Assembly: GCA_032718475.1 (NCBI GenBank)
Contig: JAUCBJ010008821.1
Span: 1 to 35,520 of the forward strand
Reading direction: 5' to 3'
Length of the DNA: 35,520 nucleotides
From: Nemertoderma westbladi
Taxonomy: Eukaryota; Animalia; Xenacoelomorpha
Made by a program: the position numbers and the translations under genes. Below the pieces are notes generated by a model that saw only the letters and a program-made list of their open reading frames with translations, was not told the origin of the DNA and searched no databases. Below are positions 10,818 to 23,009 of the stretch, piece after piece; the stretch's first letter is position 1; each line of letters begins with the position of its first letter.

Positions 10818-11687
10818 CTGCTGTGCTGTGCTGTGCTACCGGCTACGGGGCTGTGCTGAAGGTTTAATTAAGTAGCCCTTACATTAATTATAGGTTCACC
10901 GTATTTCTTAAAATCCCCAGGCTTTTGCACACAACTCATTCAATAAACACTCCGAAGATGAGTCATATTTCGGAATCACATATCATTGTCTAATTCCCAA
11001 TTGTATTTCCAAAGGCTTTAATTAGATTGGGAATTACGTGAAATTAAAGTCCAAATCAGAGAATCTAACACCAGCAAACCAAGCAGAATAATTAGGAAGC
11101 CAGTAAAATTATTAATGGTATTTTGGATGAATGACTTTATTCCTATCCTGTAATCATATCGTTTGGTGTACACAGCAGAGCCCCAACCAACGACATGATA
11201 AGATAAGATCATTTCTGTATATAAAGTGGTAGGGAGATAGTTTTATAGCAATGCTAGTAAGTGGGGGGGGGGGGGTTGGTGGGGGGGGGGGGGGGGGGGT
11301 TGGTGGGGGGGGGGGGGGTTGGTTTGGTAGGGTAGGGATGCAGAACCTAAGAATATTATAATATTATTTACTATATAAGAAAGAAAACTAAGAAAAAAAC
11401 CAGATGAACTTGCCAGCAAAACCAAAAAAAAAACAACAAAAACAAAAATATAAACGAATCGCCAATAAGGTACAATTAATACATAACCATATTATAATTA
11501 CATACATAAAAGTATATATATACGGTGAGATTATCAATAGAAAATAGACAAGGTGTGTATAACAAAAACAGTACGTTTCAATAAAACAAGACTACTAAAT
11601 AATAAATAACAATATAGTTGTGAATGTAGGCCCAGATTAATAAATCAATATTTAGCAAGTCGTTATGATTACTGTAAGAAAAAAAAA

Positions 11688-11870
11688 GCTACTGACTACC
11701 GGCTACTGGCTACTGGTGGCTACTGACTACTGGCTACTTACCTTGAGCAAAAACGGCTCTAACGATTTTGATGAAATTTTGCATGGACCATGAAAATATA
11801 TTTCTATGGGTACTTGTGAAATCGCGGTTCAAATTGATACATCTCAACTTGTTTTATTTCGAAAAATAGC
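11688..11870 (+). mobile_element. HINE/DINE-like fragment: (CTACTGG/CTACTGA)n microsatellite followed by AAAACGGCTCTAACGATTTTGATGAAATTT core
   Basis: The microsatellite-then-core arrangement resembles Helentron-associated elements; family inferred from motif memory. Confidence 0.45.
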
Positions 11871-11876
11871 CCCAAC

Positions 11877-12107
11877 ACACGAAAATTGCCATAGGCGCAA
11901 TGATAAAAACACCAGCTGGCACTCATGAAAAATGTATAGAGATGGCCTGGTAATGCATTCAATAGGAAGGGCCAGCTAACAAAGAAGTACTTTCTGTGCT
12001 AAGTATTATCATTATCACTCTAATCTACAACCAAGTCAGTAACCAAACATTAACTGGTTTAGCTGGCTATTACAGTCTTAGCTGAATAACTCTTCCCAAT
12101 GCATCCT
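11877..12107 (+). repeat. Dispersed repeat homologous to the interior of the 25906-26369 element
   Basis: ACACGAAAATTGCC...CAATGAT..AAACACCAGCTG...CTCATGA...CAGTAA.CAAACAT.AACTG...AGCTGAATA.CTCTTCCCA.TG.ATCCT is shared with ~25975-26197. Confidence 0.8.
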
Positions 12108-12178
12108 TGCTATGTTAATTAATTGGCGTGCAAGCTAAATGACTGTTAGTTACACAGTGTGTTGGCTACACAGTGTAT

Positions 12179-12470
12179 TGTGGGGCGAGTGACGAAAGTA
12201 AGCGAGCTTAGCATACAGGTACCACTAACTCAATAGGTGTGTCTGTTGCTCTGTTGTTCTGTTGATCTGTTGTTCTGTTGCTCTGTTGATCTGTTGTGTC
12301 CAAGTTTAAACGTTAATAACTCAGCCAAATCTCGATAAAATATATCCAAACTTGGCACATATGAAGTTTGGCAAAGGTTTAGAAATTTTCCAAGTTGAAT
12401 TTGCGTGGGGTCTTCGTGCAGCATTTGTGTAACTGTCTTGCAGTTATAATAAATTTATCTATCCAAAAAT
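12179..12470 (+). mobile_element. Helentron-associated (HINE/DINE-1-like) element, copy 2, with expanded (CTGTTGNT)n microsatellite
   Basis: Homologous to 2496-2750; 8-bp microsatellite at ~12241-12298. Confidence 0.65.
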
Positions 12471-13509
12471 TATTAGGCTTGGCATCAGCTGGTTGCTAAG
12501 AGACTGCATGATATATCAGGTGGATTTGAAATTCAGCAATACCGGTACAATGTAGCAATAATGTGGCCTTGGGAAGTGTGGTAGGCCTATTTCACATTCA
12601 GCCATTCCAGCATTTCCAGATTGCAGAGTTCAGAGTACAACACCGGTACCATGAGATGCCTGTACTCAGTACCGGTACTGCTCACTGCTATTGCTGTATG
12701 TGGTAGGCCTAGCTTTCTAGACTGGTTGTCAGTCTGTCAGTGTGGTACTGCTACTGCAATATCTGAGTCTTGGTACATGTGGTAGGATACGCAGTCCTGC
12801 AATTGCCTGAGTGACTGAATTGCGATATTGCGACTATTCAGCCATATCCTGATATCATGTACTGGTATGGTACAGTACCTTAATCTTATTAAACATATGT
12901 TTTACAGTATAGTACTGGTACTGTTACAGTGGTACAGAGTTACTGGTACCATCTTCAGGCGTTGTTGCCACCCACCAATCATGCTCGGCAATGGCAACCA
13001 TGCAGTCATGGAAGTTTTGAAATTATGCGGACTTAAGACAGACTGAGATATTGTCAGGTTGTACCAGCTGACCTTTATTCCATGTTCTGGTATCCACTAC
13101 TCAGCCCAATACTGCAATACCCAGCAACGTTTTGGAATTGTACCAGTACTCGCCATCAAGGCCACCGCCTCTGTCTGTCGCAGTGTCGTTGGCGACCTCG
13201 ACTTTTGGTATCGCTACTGCTCTAGTGTTACGGGCAAACTGGACTAACCGATGAGCGAGACCCGAGGACTGAAGAATGCATTGCATATTTTGAGTAGTTT
13301 GACTGTGGACTACTTCTATGACATCGATGCCAAGCTGCCAATGCAAAAGTTTTTTTAAGTAAAAGTTTGGTTAAATTTTCTTAATTATTTATTTAAATTT
13401 CTTAAGTACCGATTTTGGGATAGAATTTCTCAATTTTAATCTGTTTCAATCAATTTTTGTTTTAATCAATTTTAATCTAGGATCAGCATGCTGCATTGCA
13501 GCTGCATTT

Positions 13510-16140
13510 TTACTCCCTATCACCCATGACATTTGCTAGATTATCCGCATCTTCAAGGCCAGTGTCCTTTGAGATGCGTCTCAAGAAAGTCATGGGCTGT
13601 CCACCATGCTTATTCAATCCATGAGGCTGCCAAAGTACAAGATTATGCACTGGCTGGTCCTCATGGCGAAAGCAATGTCCTGCAAAGTGGAGGCGATTTT
13701 GTTCTAGTGTCAAGCTTGGGGGAACCAATGAGACACCTCCAATGTTATATAGTGTCTGGTTAGAGATGTGTGCATTGTACTTGATACAATGAACCAGGCC
13801 TAGCATTCTTGTGAATGTACCATCAAGAGATTTGTTGTCCTCAGCAGTTAGAGCCCATCATGGACTCCCATAGAGGAGTACTGGAACTACTGCTGCTCTA
13901 AATAATCGGACCTTAAGTTTCTGATTAATTCTCTGTGGCTTCCATATCCTGAAAAGCCTATTCAAGGCTGCCCATGCCTTTCCCTTACGTATTCGAAGGT
14001 GACTTCTGGATCCATTATCCCAGGTAACAGAAGTCATTTACATGCTCAAGCATACCATCCTATGAGCTTATGCTCATCCGGTCAGAGACTTGCTGAGGAC
14101 TTTCAAAAGTAAACTTTTGACCAAAATTTTGGTCTTTTCGGAGTTAATAAAAAGACCAACACTAGAAGCAGCCTGTTCTAATGAGCTGAGAAGCCGTTGG
14201 GTGCCCTCTAGTGATTCTGAGAGTACTCCTAAGTCATCAGCAAAGTCTAGATCAGTTAGGTACTTGGCAGGATTTCCTTGACTTCTGGAGCCGGTAGGTG
14301 GAGTTACCATCACCCCATCATGATTAAGATCATCTAAGGACATGCGTAGAACATAGTCAACCATAATTATGAACAAGAATGGCGCAAGTCTGTCTCCTTG
14401 GTTGACTCCCCATAATACTTCAAATGGTTCTGTGTCACCATCAACATTAGACACAAATGTTGTCGAACCATCGTATACTGATCGGATTGCTGCAATAATT
14501 TCATCAGGAATCCCATATAATGAAAGTATGCTGAACATACATGAGCGAGAGACTGAATCAAAGGCCTTGAAGAAGTCAACAAGAAGAACAGACACTTTTA
14601 CTTCTATAAAGTTATCAGGCAATACCCTGTCATTATTGAGGAGCTTTTCAAGTGGTCCTTCCAACGATTGAGGCGATCAGCTGGTGATTCTGCCTAAACC
14701 TTCCTTGGTGGTTGGTTGGCTTTTCCACCCAGTAAGCAAGTTGACCGATTCCAATGCCTGGGATGATTGCCTGCTGTCGTCAGCATCATTGATGGCATCA
14801 ACCTGTTGGTTTATTAGCTCCTGTAGATTTACAGAGTACTGCCTGTTCAGGGACCTAGATGCTGCCTAACTGCATTCTTGGCCGCTGTAGTCTGTTTGAG
14901 TCGGGACTCTTTCTGCGTCAGTCCAGGGGGCCCTTTTCCTGTTTCGAGGGTATACAGGAACTGTTTCTACAGCTGCTAACATAACTGCTTCTGTGAAGGC
15001 AGTATAAGACTTCGAATCTACTCCACAGGCACTATAGGTCTTGATGCTCCTTGCTGCAGTTTTGTTTTCAGCAAAGAAGAAGTGCTCACAGATATCCCCA
15101 ATGGAGATATCTGTGAGCACAGACTCGGATACACGATGTACCTCAAAGTTATCAGGCAATATCCTGTCATTGTTTAGAAGTTTCTCAAAGTGGGCTTTCC
15201 AACCTTTTTCCAACCATAGCTTCAGATACAGCCTTATCCTTGATAGTTAGTTCGCTTTTTCTCCCAGTGACTCGGTTGGTGGTTGGTTCACTTTTTCTCC
15301 CAGTGACTCGGTTGGTGGTTCTTAAAGTACCTAGATGCAGCCTTAACTGCATCCTTGTCTGTCCTAGTGTGCCCAAATCGGCGGGACTCAATCTGCGCCT
15401 TATAGAGGTCAGTTCGGCACTTCCGAATTCTGTTGTCAGTCCAGGGGGCCTTTTTCCAGTTTCGAGGGTATACAGGGACTGTTTCTGCAACTGCTAACAT
15501 AAATGCTTCTGAGAAGGCAGTCTAGCCCTCGCAGTGATCTGCCACCTCAGAGGCAAGAACCTCATACCTATTGCTCAGCTGTAGTGTGAAGGTGAATATC
15601 ACACTTGCCTGTTGCAACAGAGAGGACCAGTCATGCCGCGGCAAGGCAGATTTCATTGTTCTGCTAGCACGCAGACTAAGTCTTACCTTGGCCACAATAA
15701 GGCGATCCCTGGAGAAGGGTCGAAACTGCTCTAAGAGAAAGCTTATCTGCCAAGGCAGTCTGCTCACCGACGCCTGTGACAACTGACGCATGTGAGGCCA
15801 ATTGTGTCCGGTAATTCCACTGGGCCATGCCCTGTACCCCTGCCAATTCCTGCTGGGCCATGCCCTGTACCCCTGCTGCCAGGTACAGGTCGCATTGAAG
15901 TGCACTCAGAGTGGACATGAGAACACTCTACTCCTGACCAGCCATTGGTAGATCACCATCTGCCTGGCAAGGCCATTACCCTGCAGCCAAGTATATGGGT
16001 CCTTAATCCAGGACCAAGGGCGTCCTTATCCCAGAACGAAGGGGGTCCTAGTTACAGGACCACATTTGCCCTAGTAAGAGGGTCTATGCAGCCACAGGTG
16101 GCACCTACTTTATGCTGCATGGAGGTGGCAAGTTTTCTTG
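13510..16140 (-). mobile_element. Degenerate, internally rearranged RTE-like LINE (endonuclease end, linker, RT, C-terminus)
   Basis: RT motifs LLVDFFKAFDSV, GVNQGDRLAPFLF, DLDFADDL and GLFINSEKTK in ORF 14074-14664; C-terminal FAGHCFRH..LWQPHG; RDRLIVAKVRLSLRA (after the APE SDH position) at ~15660-15710; many stops and frameshifts. 5' boundary uncertain. Confidence 0.9.
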
Positions 16141-16199
16141 ATCAATGACCGATAGCCGATAGCGATATTTTGAAATCTTACCTTGATAAGTATGTAACA

Positions 16200-17370
16200 G
16201 TATTAGATTTTGATTTTGACTGGCTATGTGGTGTTGAAATTTGTATTGAGTTTCTGTAATATTGGTACCGATTATAAAAGATAAGTCAGCTAAGTTGAAT
16301 AGTAAAGATAATTATAGACCGATTGTTCTGGATAGTGTTTTATCGAAAGTGAATAGAGGAGAAGTGATAGAATAATTGATAACTTGCAGAGTCTTCTCAT
16401 AACCAGTTCGGTTTTAACTGACATGTGCATTTATTCTCTTAAAGAAATGTTATATAAATATCGTCAACTTCAGTCAACAATGTTTGTTAGTTTTTTTGGA
16501 TGCCTCCAAGGCTATCGACCTTAAAAACCACGATAAATTATTTGAAATCTTATTGAATAGAGGTGTCCTTAAATATATCTTTAGGTTAATTGTTTATTGG
16601 TATGTCAATCAATTATTTGCTGCCCGCTGGGGAAATGTATTATCGTCTTTTTTTACAGTTAGCAATGGTTGCAGACAACAGGGAAGTATTCTGTCTCCCT
16701 ATCTATTCAATATATATATGGACTGTTTATCTGTCGAATTAAATCAACTTAATATTGGTTGTTTATATAGTACACTGATCTTTAATCACCTTATGTATGT
16801 GGATGACCTGGTATTAATTTCTCCGTCTGTAAAGGGTATGCAGTCTTTATTAAATTGTGTTTACAATTCAGTAAAAGTTATTTGCCCGGAATGCCCAGGA
16901 AGCGGAAACTATAATGTGAATCCTGTCGGCAGCCCTAAGTAAACTTGGCTTATTAATCAGTCCGACTAAAACAAGCTGGATGGAAATTAATTGGGGGGGG
17001 GGGGGGGGGGGGGGGGATGTTAAATCCTGAGAATTACCTTTTTCACCTAAAAGACGAGCCAACCCTTCGCAATGCATTATCTCGGTTTAGGTGCGGTTCG
17101 CATGACCTGCGCATAGAGACTGGTAGGTTGTACCATGTACCTCGCAATGAACGTTTTTTGTCAGATGTGTTCAATAAATGTGGTGGAAGATGAGTTTAAT
17201 TTTTTGCTGGTTTGTCCAGCCTATCAAACTATCTACTACTAGCTCCGTACTATTCACGTTTTCCTTCCCTCTTTAAATTTAAGAAGATTATGTCTTCGCC
17301 TTTGCCGAAAGTAATAACAAATCTAGCCCTATTCATTTATAAAGCTCTGTAATTACACAAAAATTATTTA
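16200..17370 (+). mobile_element. Degenerate RTE-X-like LINE (RT plus C-terminal zinc knuckle) with internal deletion
   Basis: VPIIKDK...KDNYRPI (~16265-16325); FLDASKA.D, NGCRQ.GSILSPYLFNIYMD, HLMYVDDLVL; then LSRFRCGSHDLRIETGR...ERFCQMC..VVEDEFNFLLVCPAY at ~17075-17225. Confidence 0.88.
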
Positions 17371-17396
17371 GAGGTAACTTATACATATCCACTCCC

Positions 17397-17435
<39 letters not shown>

Positions 17436-18121
17436 ACTCGTCATTTTTGGAATTTGTAATTGTTTCACTCTAGTAATTCATATTTATACAAATTTTGTAA
17501 TGAAATACGTAATGTTTAACTGGTTAAAGGTTTGTAAAATTAGAATTGTGGCCCTGGGTACTACATATTTGTGCATTATAATTATGTCACTTTTTAGCCT
17601 ATAGTTGATACGATTGCTCAGTTTACTTTCAGTATCCTATTTCAGTTATCTATCATTGTAGCAACTAATGCCAACATTGGCACATTGTGCATGTTGTTGA
17701 ATAATATTATTAAATATATCGATACCATTAAAACATTGTTTAAATAATTCATTGCCTCATGTGTCCTGGTTATTAATTATGTATTTTACTTAAGTAATTA
17801 TGTACTTTACTTATTTAGGTTTTATTTTAAGTGCAATTTTAATGTCACATTATTTTAATACTGTCTTATGATGTGAGAGTCTTATGATCCTACTCGTTTT
17901 TGTTTACTAATTATATGCCGGTCTTACCGGATGTGCTTAACATGCGTGGTGATGATGAACAGGTAGGTGTCTGACTGTTTGGGTATGTCACATATGCGGA
18001 CCCGTGATTTTCAAATTCCGGTACCTCGCAGGCTACAAGAGGAGCGGCCCAAAATGCTACTGAGCGATAGACCCTTTTGTATTATTATTAGGAATAGGCT
18101 GCTTCGTAATTGGGTTTTGCT

Positions 18122-19183
18122 ATGGATGTCCGTGACAACTCTAACCATAAAGCTTATAGTACTGCAATCGAAGATTCGTATTTCAAGGGATATACTTATT
18201 CAGAAACTCAGCGATTTTCTGTCCTTTATAGGAATACATGTTTCTATCCGAACAATAAGAAGGGATCACAGAAGGCTTGGCTTGACCAAGCGATTTAATC
18301 CATTACATTCAACTATAATTATTAATACAGTTCTGCTCCTATTAGACAGTTCATGGTCGAGGTTGCATGTGGCCAGGGTTATCGCCAGCTTCAAAAGACA
18401 ATGCTTTTTGAACATGGATTATTCATTCCTAGGAAGCTGGTGGCTAAATTATTGGCTATATTAGATGGGACCCGAGAACCTGACATAGTTAAGAGGGTCC
18501 CATTACATCTGCTTCATTGATGGGTGGGACAAACTGAAGATATTTGGTTTGGCAGTACATGGTGGATTGATGGGTACAGTCTGAAAATGTTATGGCTGCA
18601 CTGTCATCGATCCAACAATGACCCATTTGTTGTGGGATCTTTTTTTATTGATTCGGTTAAATTAAATTGTGGTTTAGCGCACATTATTCGATGCAACCGA
18701 GGCAGTGAAAACGTTAATGTTGAACTTTTTCAGTGTTTGATGTGTTTGTACTTGGTGATTGAAGTACCCAACTCAAGTGAGGCCATATTTATCTATGGTA
18801 AGAGTACCCGCAATCAGCGGATAGAGGCATGATGGTCAAAATTCCCAGTATTGTGAATGGAGATCTGGATTGTGCAATTTACTGAACTAAAACAGACTGC
18901 AATAATTGACACCTCCAATAAGCTCCACATAGAGATCATTATGTTCATTTACCTCAACTTCCTTCATCATTACCTCAATTTTATCCCCATGAAATGGAAT
19001 AATGATAGAATAAGGAAGAGTGGACTTGTATCCTCACCAGGAAAACCGGATTTGCTAATTCTGGATAAACCAAAGTTTTTACATCCATTTCAGGACCATG
19101 ACATGGAGTTAATTGAGCAGTATAATTCTTTGATCGACACTAAAAGAATGGTTTGTCCTAATGTGAAACGATGTTGTGAGTAG
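18122..19183 (+). pseudogene. IS3EU-like (eukaryotic IS3/integrase-core DDE) transposase pseudogene, copy 1
   Basis: Frameshifted reading: AIEDSYFKGYTYSE..GIHVSIRTIRR..RRLGL (HTH-like N-terminus), IDGWDKLKIFGLAVHG, IDGYSLKMLWL..SNNDP, RCNRGSENVNV, GKSTRNQRIEA*WS, WNNDRIRK...GKPDLL. Matches the integrase-core pattern HIDGxDKL / DxGxEN / NQRIExxW / WNxHxIR. Confidence 0.82.
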
Positions 19184-19254
19184 TATTAGTCTGAGGCTAC
19201 TCATGAAGTTCTTCATCCTCGAAACTGCCAAGTACTTCTACTTCTATTGGTAGA

Positions 19255-19440
19255 CCTTTTCCATATCCTTGGTCGATTCCACCATAAAGAGAAGAAATAT
19301 CAGCCGATTTATTGTGCAATTTATTTGACATTCAATGAGATCGATTGCGTTTATGAACCAAAAGTATTTACCTAAAAACGCTATACCTATATCAGATCAT
19401 CTGACCCAATGCAATCGGAACTTCTCCAAACTGCCAAGCG
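19255..19440 (+). pseudogene. Possible highly decayed Sola-like DDE transposase fragment
   Basis: ISLVDSTIKRRNISRFIVQFI* and IPISDHLTQCNRNFSKL loosely resemble Sola-type motifs DSCxGQNxN..FL and FPxxGHSxxxCDRxFG, in the right order and spacing. Confidence 0.3.
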
Positions 19441-20659
19441 CAAACATCTTCTTGAAAATCATCGCAGCATACTGCTACAATGGTAACAACATATAACATT
19501 AAGTCGAAAGAGGGAGGCACCCCAATGCATATCTACCATGTGATTGATCCCGAGGTTTTCCTACCAGGAAGATCCCAGGAAGATGAGGAAGTCCTTTCTC
19601 AAACCAATGGCATCAAGAAAAATTCAGTGCGCCCTTGACAAAGTTCAAAATCCTACTATCATCCAAACTTCCAGGCATGCAAAGAAGAACCACTCTGGTA
19701 CATGGAATAATTCATTAGCAAGGAGCAGCCACTCATCATCCCCACAGCGTCAGTCCCAGCGTGGAAAGATAACGGGGGCCAGCTGTGGATCCCTACAGAC
19801 ACGCAACCAATTATTTTCGCTCCCTCTTACCAGTATTGATAGTTAGATTCCAAGAGTACTATCCCATTTTCACATTTTATACGTGTAATGGAAGCCGATA
19901 ATTGATCCTAACAAGTTAGCATTAAAATTACCATCAATATTACTATATAGGATTCTGGAAGTAGAGGAAAGAGTGGAATTATAGGAAGTATCATATATAC
20001 ATATATAGGAAGTTTGAAAGTGTTATATATTATTTTTTGTTTCAGCACCATAATATAGTATGGGTAACTGACTATAGCTGCTTACCTGATCTGATCCACA
20101 AAAAACAATAGGAAGTCCAAAAGAGTTATAGTATATATTTTTATTTTGTTTCAGTACTATGTTATGGGTGACTGACTGGCCCTATAGCCTACCCATCTGT
20201 ATTTCAATATATTTGTTTTATGGTGGATAATGACGTAAATGATTTAGAATTTCATTGAAGAATTTTGATTTCATAATTTAGCATAGCTTCCAAGTATATG
20301 ATGTAGACTAGGAGTCGGACCTATCTGAATATCACTTTAATTACATAAATAACCTATAATGTTTTTGCCAGCCACTAACTATAAGATAACCCACCAAGCT
20401 GTGATAATAATTTTTCTTTATTTTTACTATTTGTAGGTGAAATTTAATTCAATATGTCTATTAGCAGAGGTACCTGATACCTTTTCTCCACACACCAAAA
20501 TTCAAAACCGAGAACCGCTCACAAAACTAGTGTGAAATATTTATATACCACCCCCCCCCCCCCCCCCCCTGCCTCATCATCCCCCTTCCTCCCATTATGC
20601 CTCACTCTAGCGTCCCTAAATCCTGCAGCTTTTGTCTCTCAAGCATTTTTACCACCAGA

Positions 20660-22340
20660 TAAACATTTTAATTGCAATTTATGCAATAATATTTACCATC
20701 TACCCTGTGGAACTGTATTAAATCTAGCTGGCCTTATCGAGCTCACCACGCTGTTATGGATTGTACTGTGCCTATTGTTACTACAACACCTTCCCCTTCA
20801 CACTTATCCCAACAACAGATACAGAGATATTCGAACTGACTGAGACAAATGAACCTGACTCACCAGTAAATTATTTGGACGTTAACAACCCCCTTGGAAA
20901 CCTCGACCCAGATAACAATATCGATATGTACAACCTCGATTCTGAACCGAAACTTTACCGAAACTAAATTTAACGACTTACTCTCTGACACACCGCACTC
21001 ACTTTCGGTATTAAACTGTAAGAGTCTCCATTCCAACTCCACTGCCATCCAACACTACCTGAGTCTACTGAACAGGCAATTTGACGTTCTAACTTTCTCA
21101 AAACTTTTCTCGCCGACGATATAGACCTTGCAACAATTAACATTGACGGATACCAGAAACCCATAGTAGACAAGAGAAAATATGGCAAACTAAAACGTGG
21201 TGGCACAGCTATCTTCATTAAAAACGGCATTGATTTCTCATCGATCCCTGATTACTCTCTAGAACAATGTGAACTATCCTTGGTAAAAATCAACACAACA
21301 CCAAATAAACAAACGAATAAAACACTCAAAATTGGTACCATTTACAGACCGGACACCTGTCACCATAATACATTTATTGAAAATCTAAATACTCTACTTC
21401 ACAACCTCACCAATAACAATCACGATGTAATTTTAACAGGTGATATAAACTTAAACTTTGACTTACTAAAAAAACCTAATATTAATAATGAATATTTACA
21501 AACTTTAGACACATACTGTCATATGGCCTAAAACAAATAATTTACAAACCGACACGTATTACACTTCACCCCAAAACGCTTCTAGATCACATATCAACAA
21601 ACATTACAGACAAAATAATTACACCCGGCGTTTTCCTGGCAGAAATAGGTACAACGGACCATCTAGCAACCTTCATTCTATTAAACGGCTACGAATGCTA
21701 CTTCTCCCCAGCTAAAGAGCAATATATTTTTGACTACAGTTACCTCATACTTGAACCAACAAAAACTTTTAGAGGAACTGGCTCTCCCATCCACTTGGAC
21801 ATATAATAACACATACAAAACAATAGAAAACAAATTCACCGCCTTCTATAACGAATTTGAATCTGTATGTAGAAAACGTTTACCTCAAGTAAAACTAGAT
21901 ACCAACCACACCCCTCGCAAGCCATGGATATCCCAAACTCTTATAAACTCAACCATTAAAAAAAACAAAATGTACAGTATGCATCGTTAATGTCCCATCC
22001 TACACTAGAAAAACAATGAGTATGCATCGTTAATGTCCCATCCTATACAAGAAAAACTAAATAAATATAAGAATACTGCAACATTCTTACACTATCACTC
22101 CGTATAGCCGAAAAAAATTACTACGCAAAACAATTCGAAAATAACGCACATAGCACTAGGAAAACATGGAAAACAATTAAATACAGCACTGCATAGAAAC
22201 TAACTTCCCAAAAAAACAAACGGTTGAATCTGCAAACGGCAAAATTGAAGTAACCAGTGCGAGCGATATAGCAAACATTTTTAACACACACTTCGCCTCA
22301 ATTGGCCAGGCCAACAGTTAGCAGATAAAATTCAAAAATC
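20660..22340 (+). mobile_element. 5' half of a CR1/L2-group (Crack-like) LINE: PHD finger + APE endonuclease + linker, no RT
   Basis: CNLCNNIYHLPC...YCAYC..FPF (PHD-like); LNCKSL, RGGTAIFIK, IGTIYRP, ILTGDINLN, PTRIT..TLLDHI, TDHLATF (APE motifs); KPWISQ, KTWKTI, IANIFNTHFASIG; frameshifted. Contains a ~42-bp tandem duplication at ~21978-22058. Confidence 0.87.
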
Positions 22341-23009
22341 CACCCGGTCCCCTACCCATCACACTACCTATGCCATTTTGTTTTCGCATGGTAGATAGTA
22401 AATAACTCTAGATAGCTCCAATGAATTTTAGACAAATACAATCGCGACACTCAAATTGTAAGAATCGCTGCCTCTCCCTTAGCCTCTACGTCAAACCCCC
22501 CCCCCCCCCCCCCCCCTTATTTTAATATACCACATGAACATATAAACATATATCATCTCACTGATAGACTACACTAGCTTCGATATAGTCTACTGTGTGA
22601 ATAATTAATATCATTAATATCATCCTGTACCACTGCCGATTTAATTTTACATTATGTATAATGTGTCTAATATCGCATTACCGCTATATATCCACAGTAT
22701 GTTGTTCAGTTATAATCAATATGTTATGCTGTGTTTTATATGTTAATATTATACAAGTTTGCGAGGGCTCATTGAATTGAATTGAAACTTCGATTGCTTT
22801 TATGGACCGATCCAAGAATACGAACTTAGTGAAAGCTGTAACCAGTTCATTGATTGACTCCAATGAGAAAGAAAGTAACGATAAGTGAATACAACCAGCC
22901 ATGGAGATGAGGTCGGCCGCCTTGTTAACTACAATGATGTAGTTATCGGCAGTCGAGTTCTTTATCTAAAATAAATATATGTAAATCAAATATTGTTAAA
23001 TTAATATCA

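Noticed and set aside
10870-11250. CR1/L2 RT fragment on the minus strand (LILSY..VGWGSA)
   Set aside because: Only one weak motif; other candidate motifs are in the wrong order.
11243-11425. Poly-proline ORFs here and at 16868-17077 and 20532-20843
   Set aside because: Proline runs are translations of G/C homopolymers.
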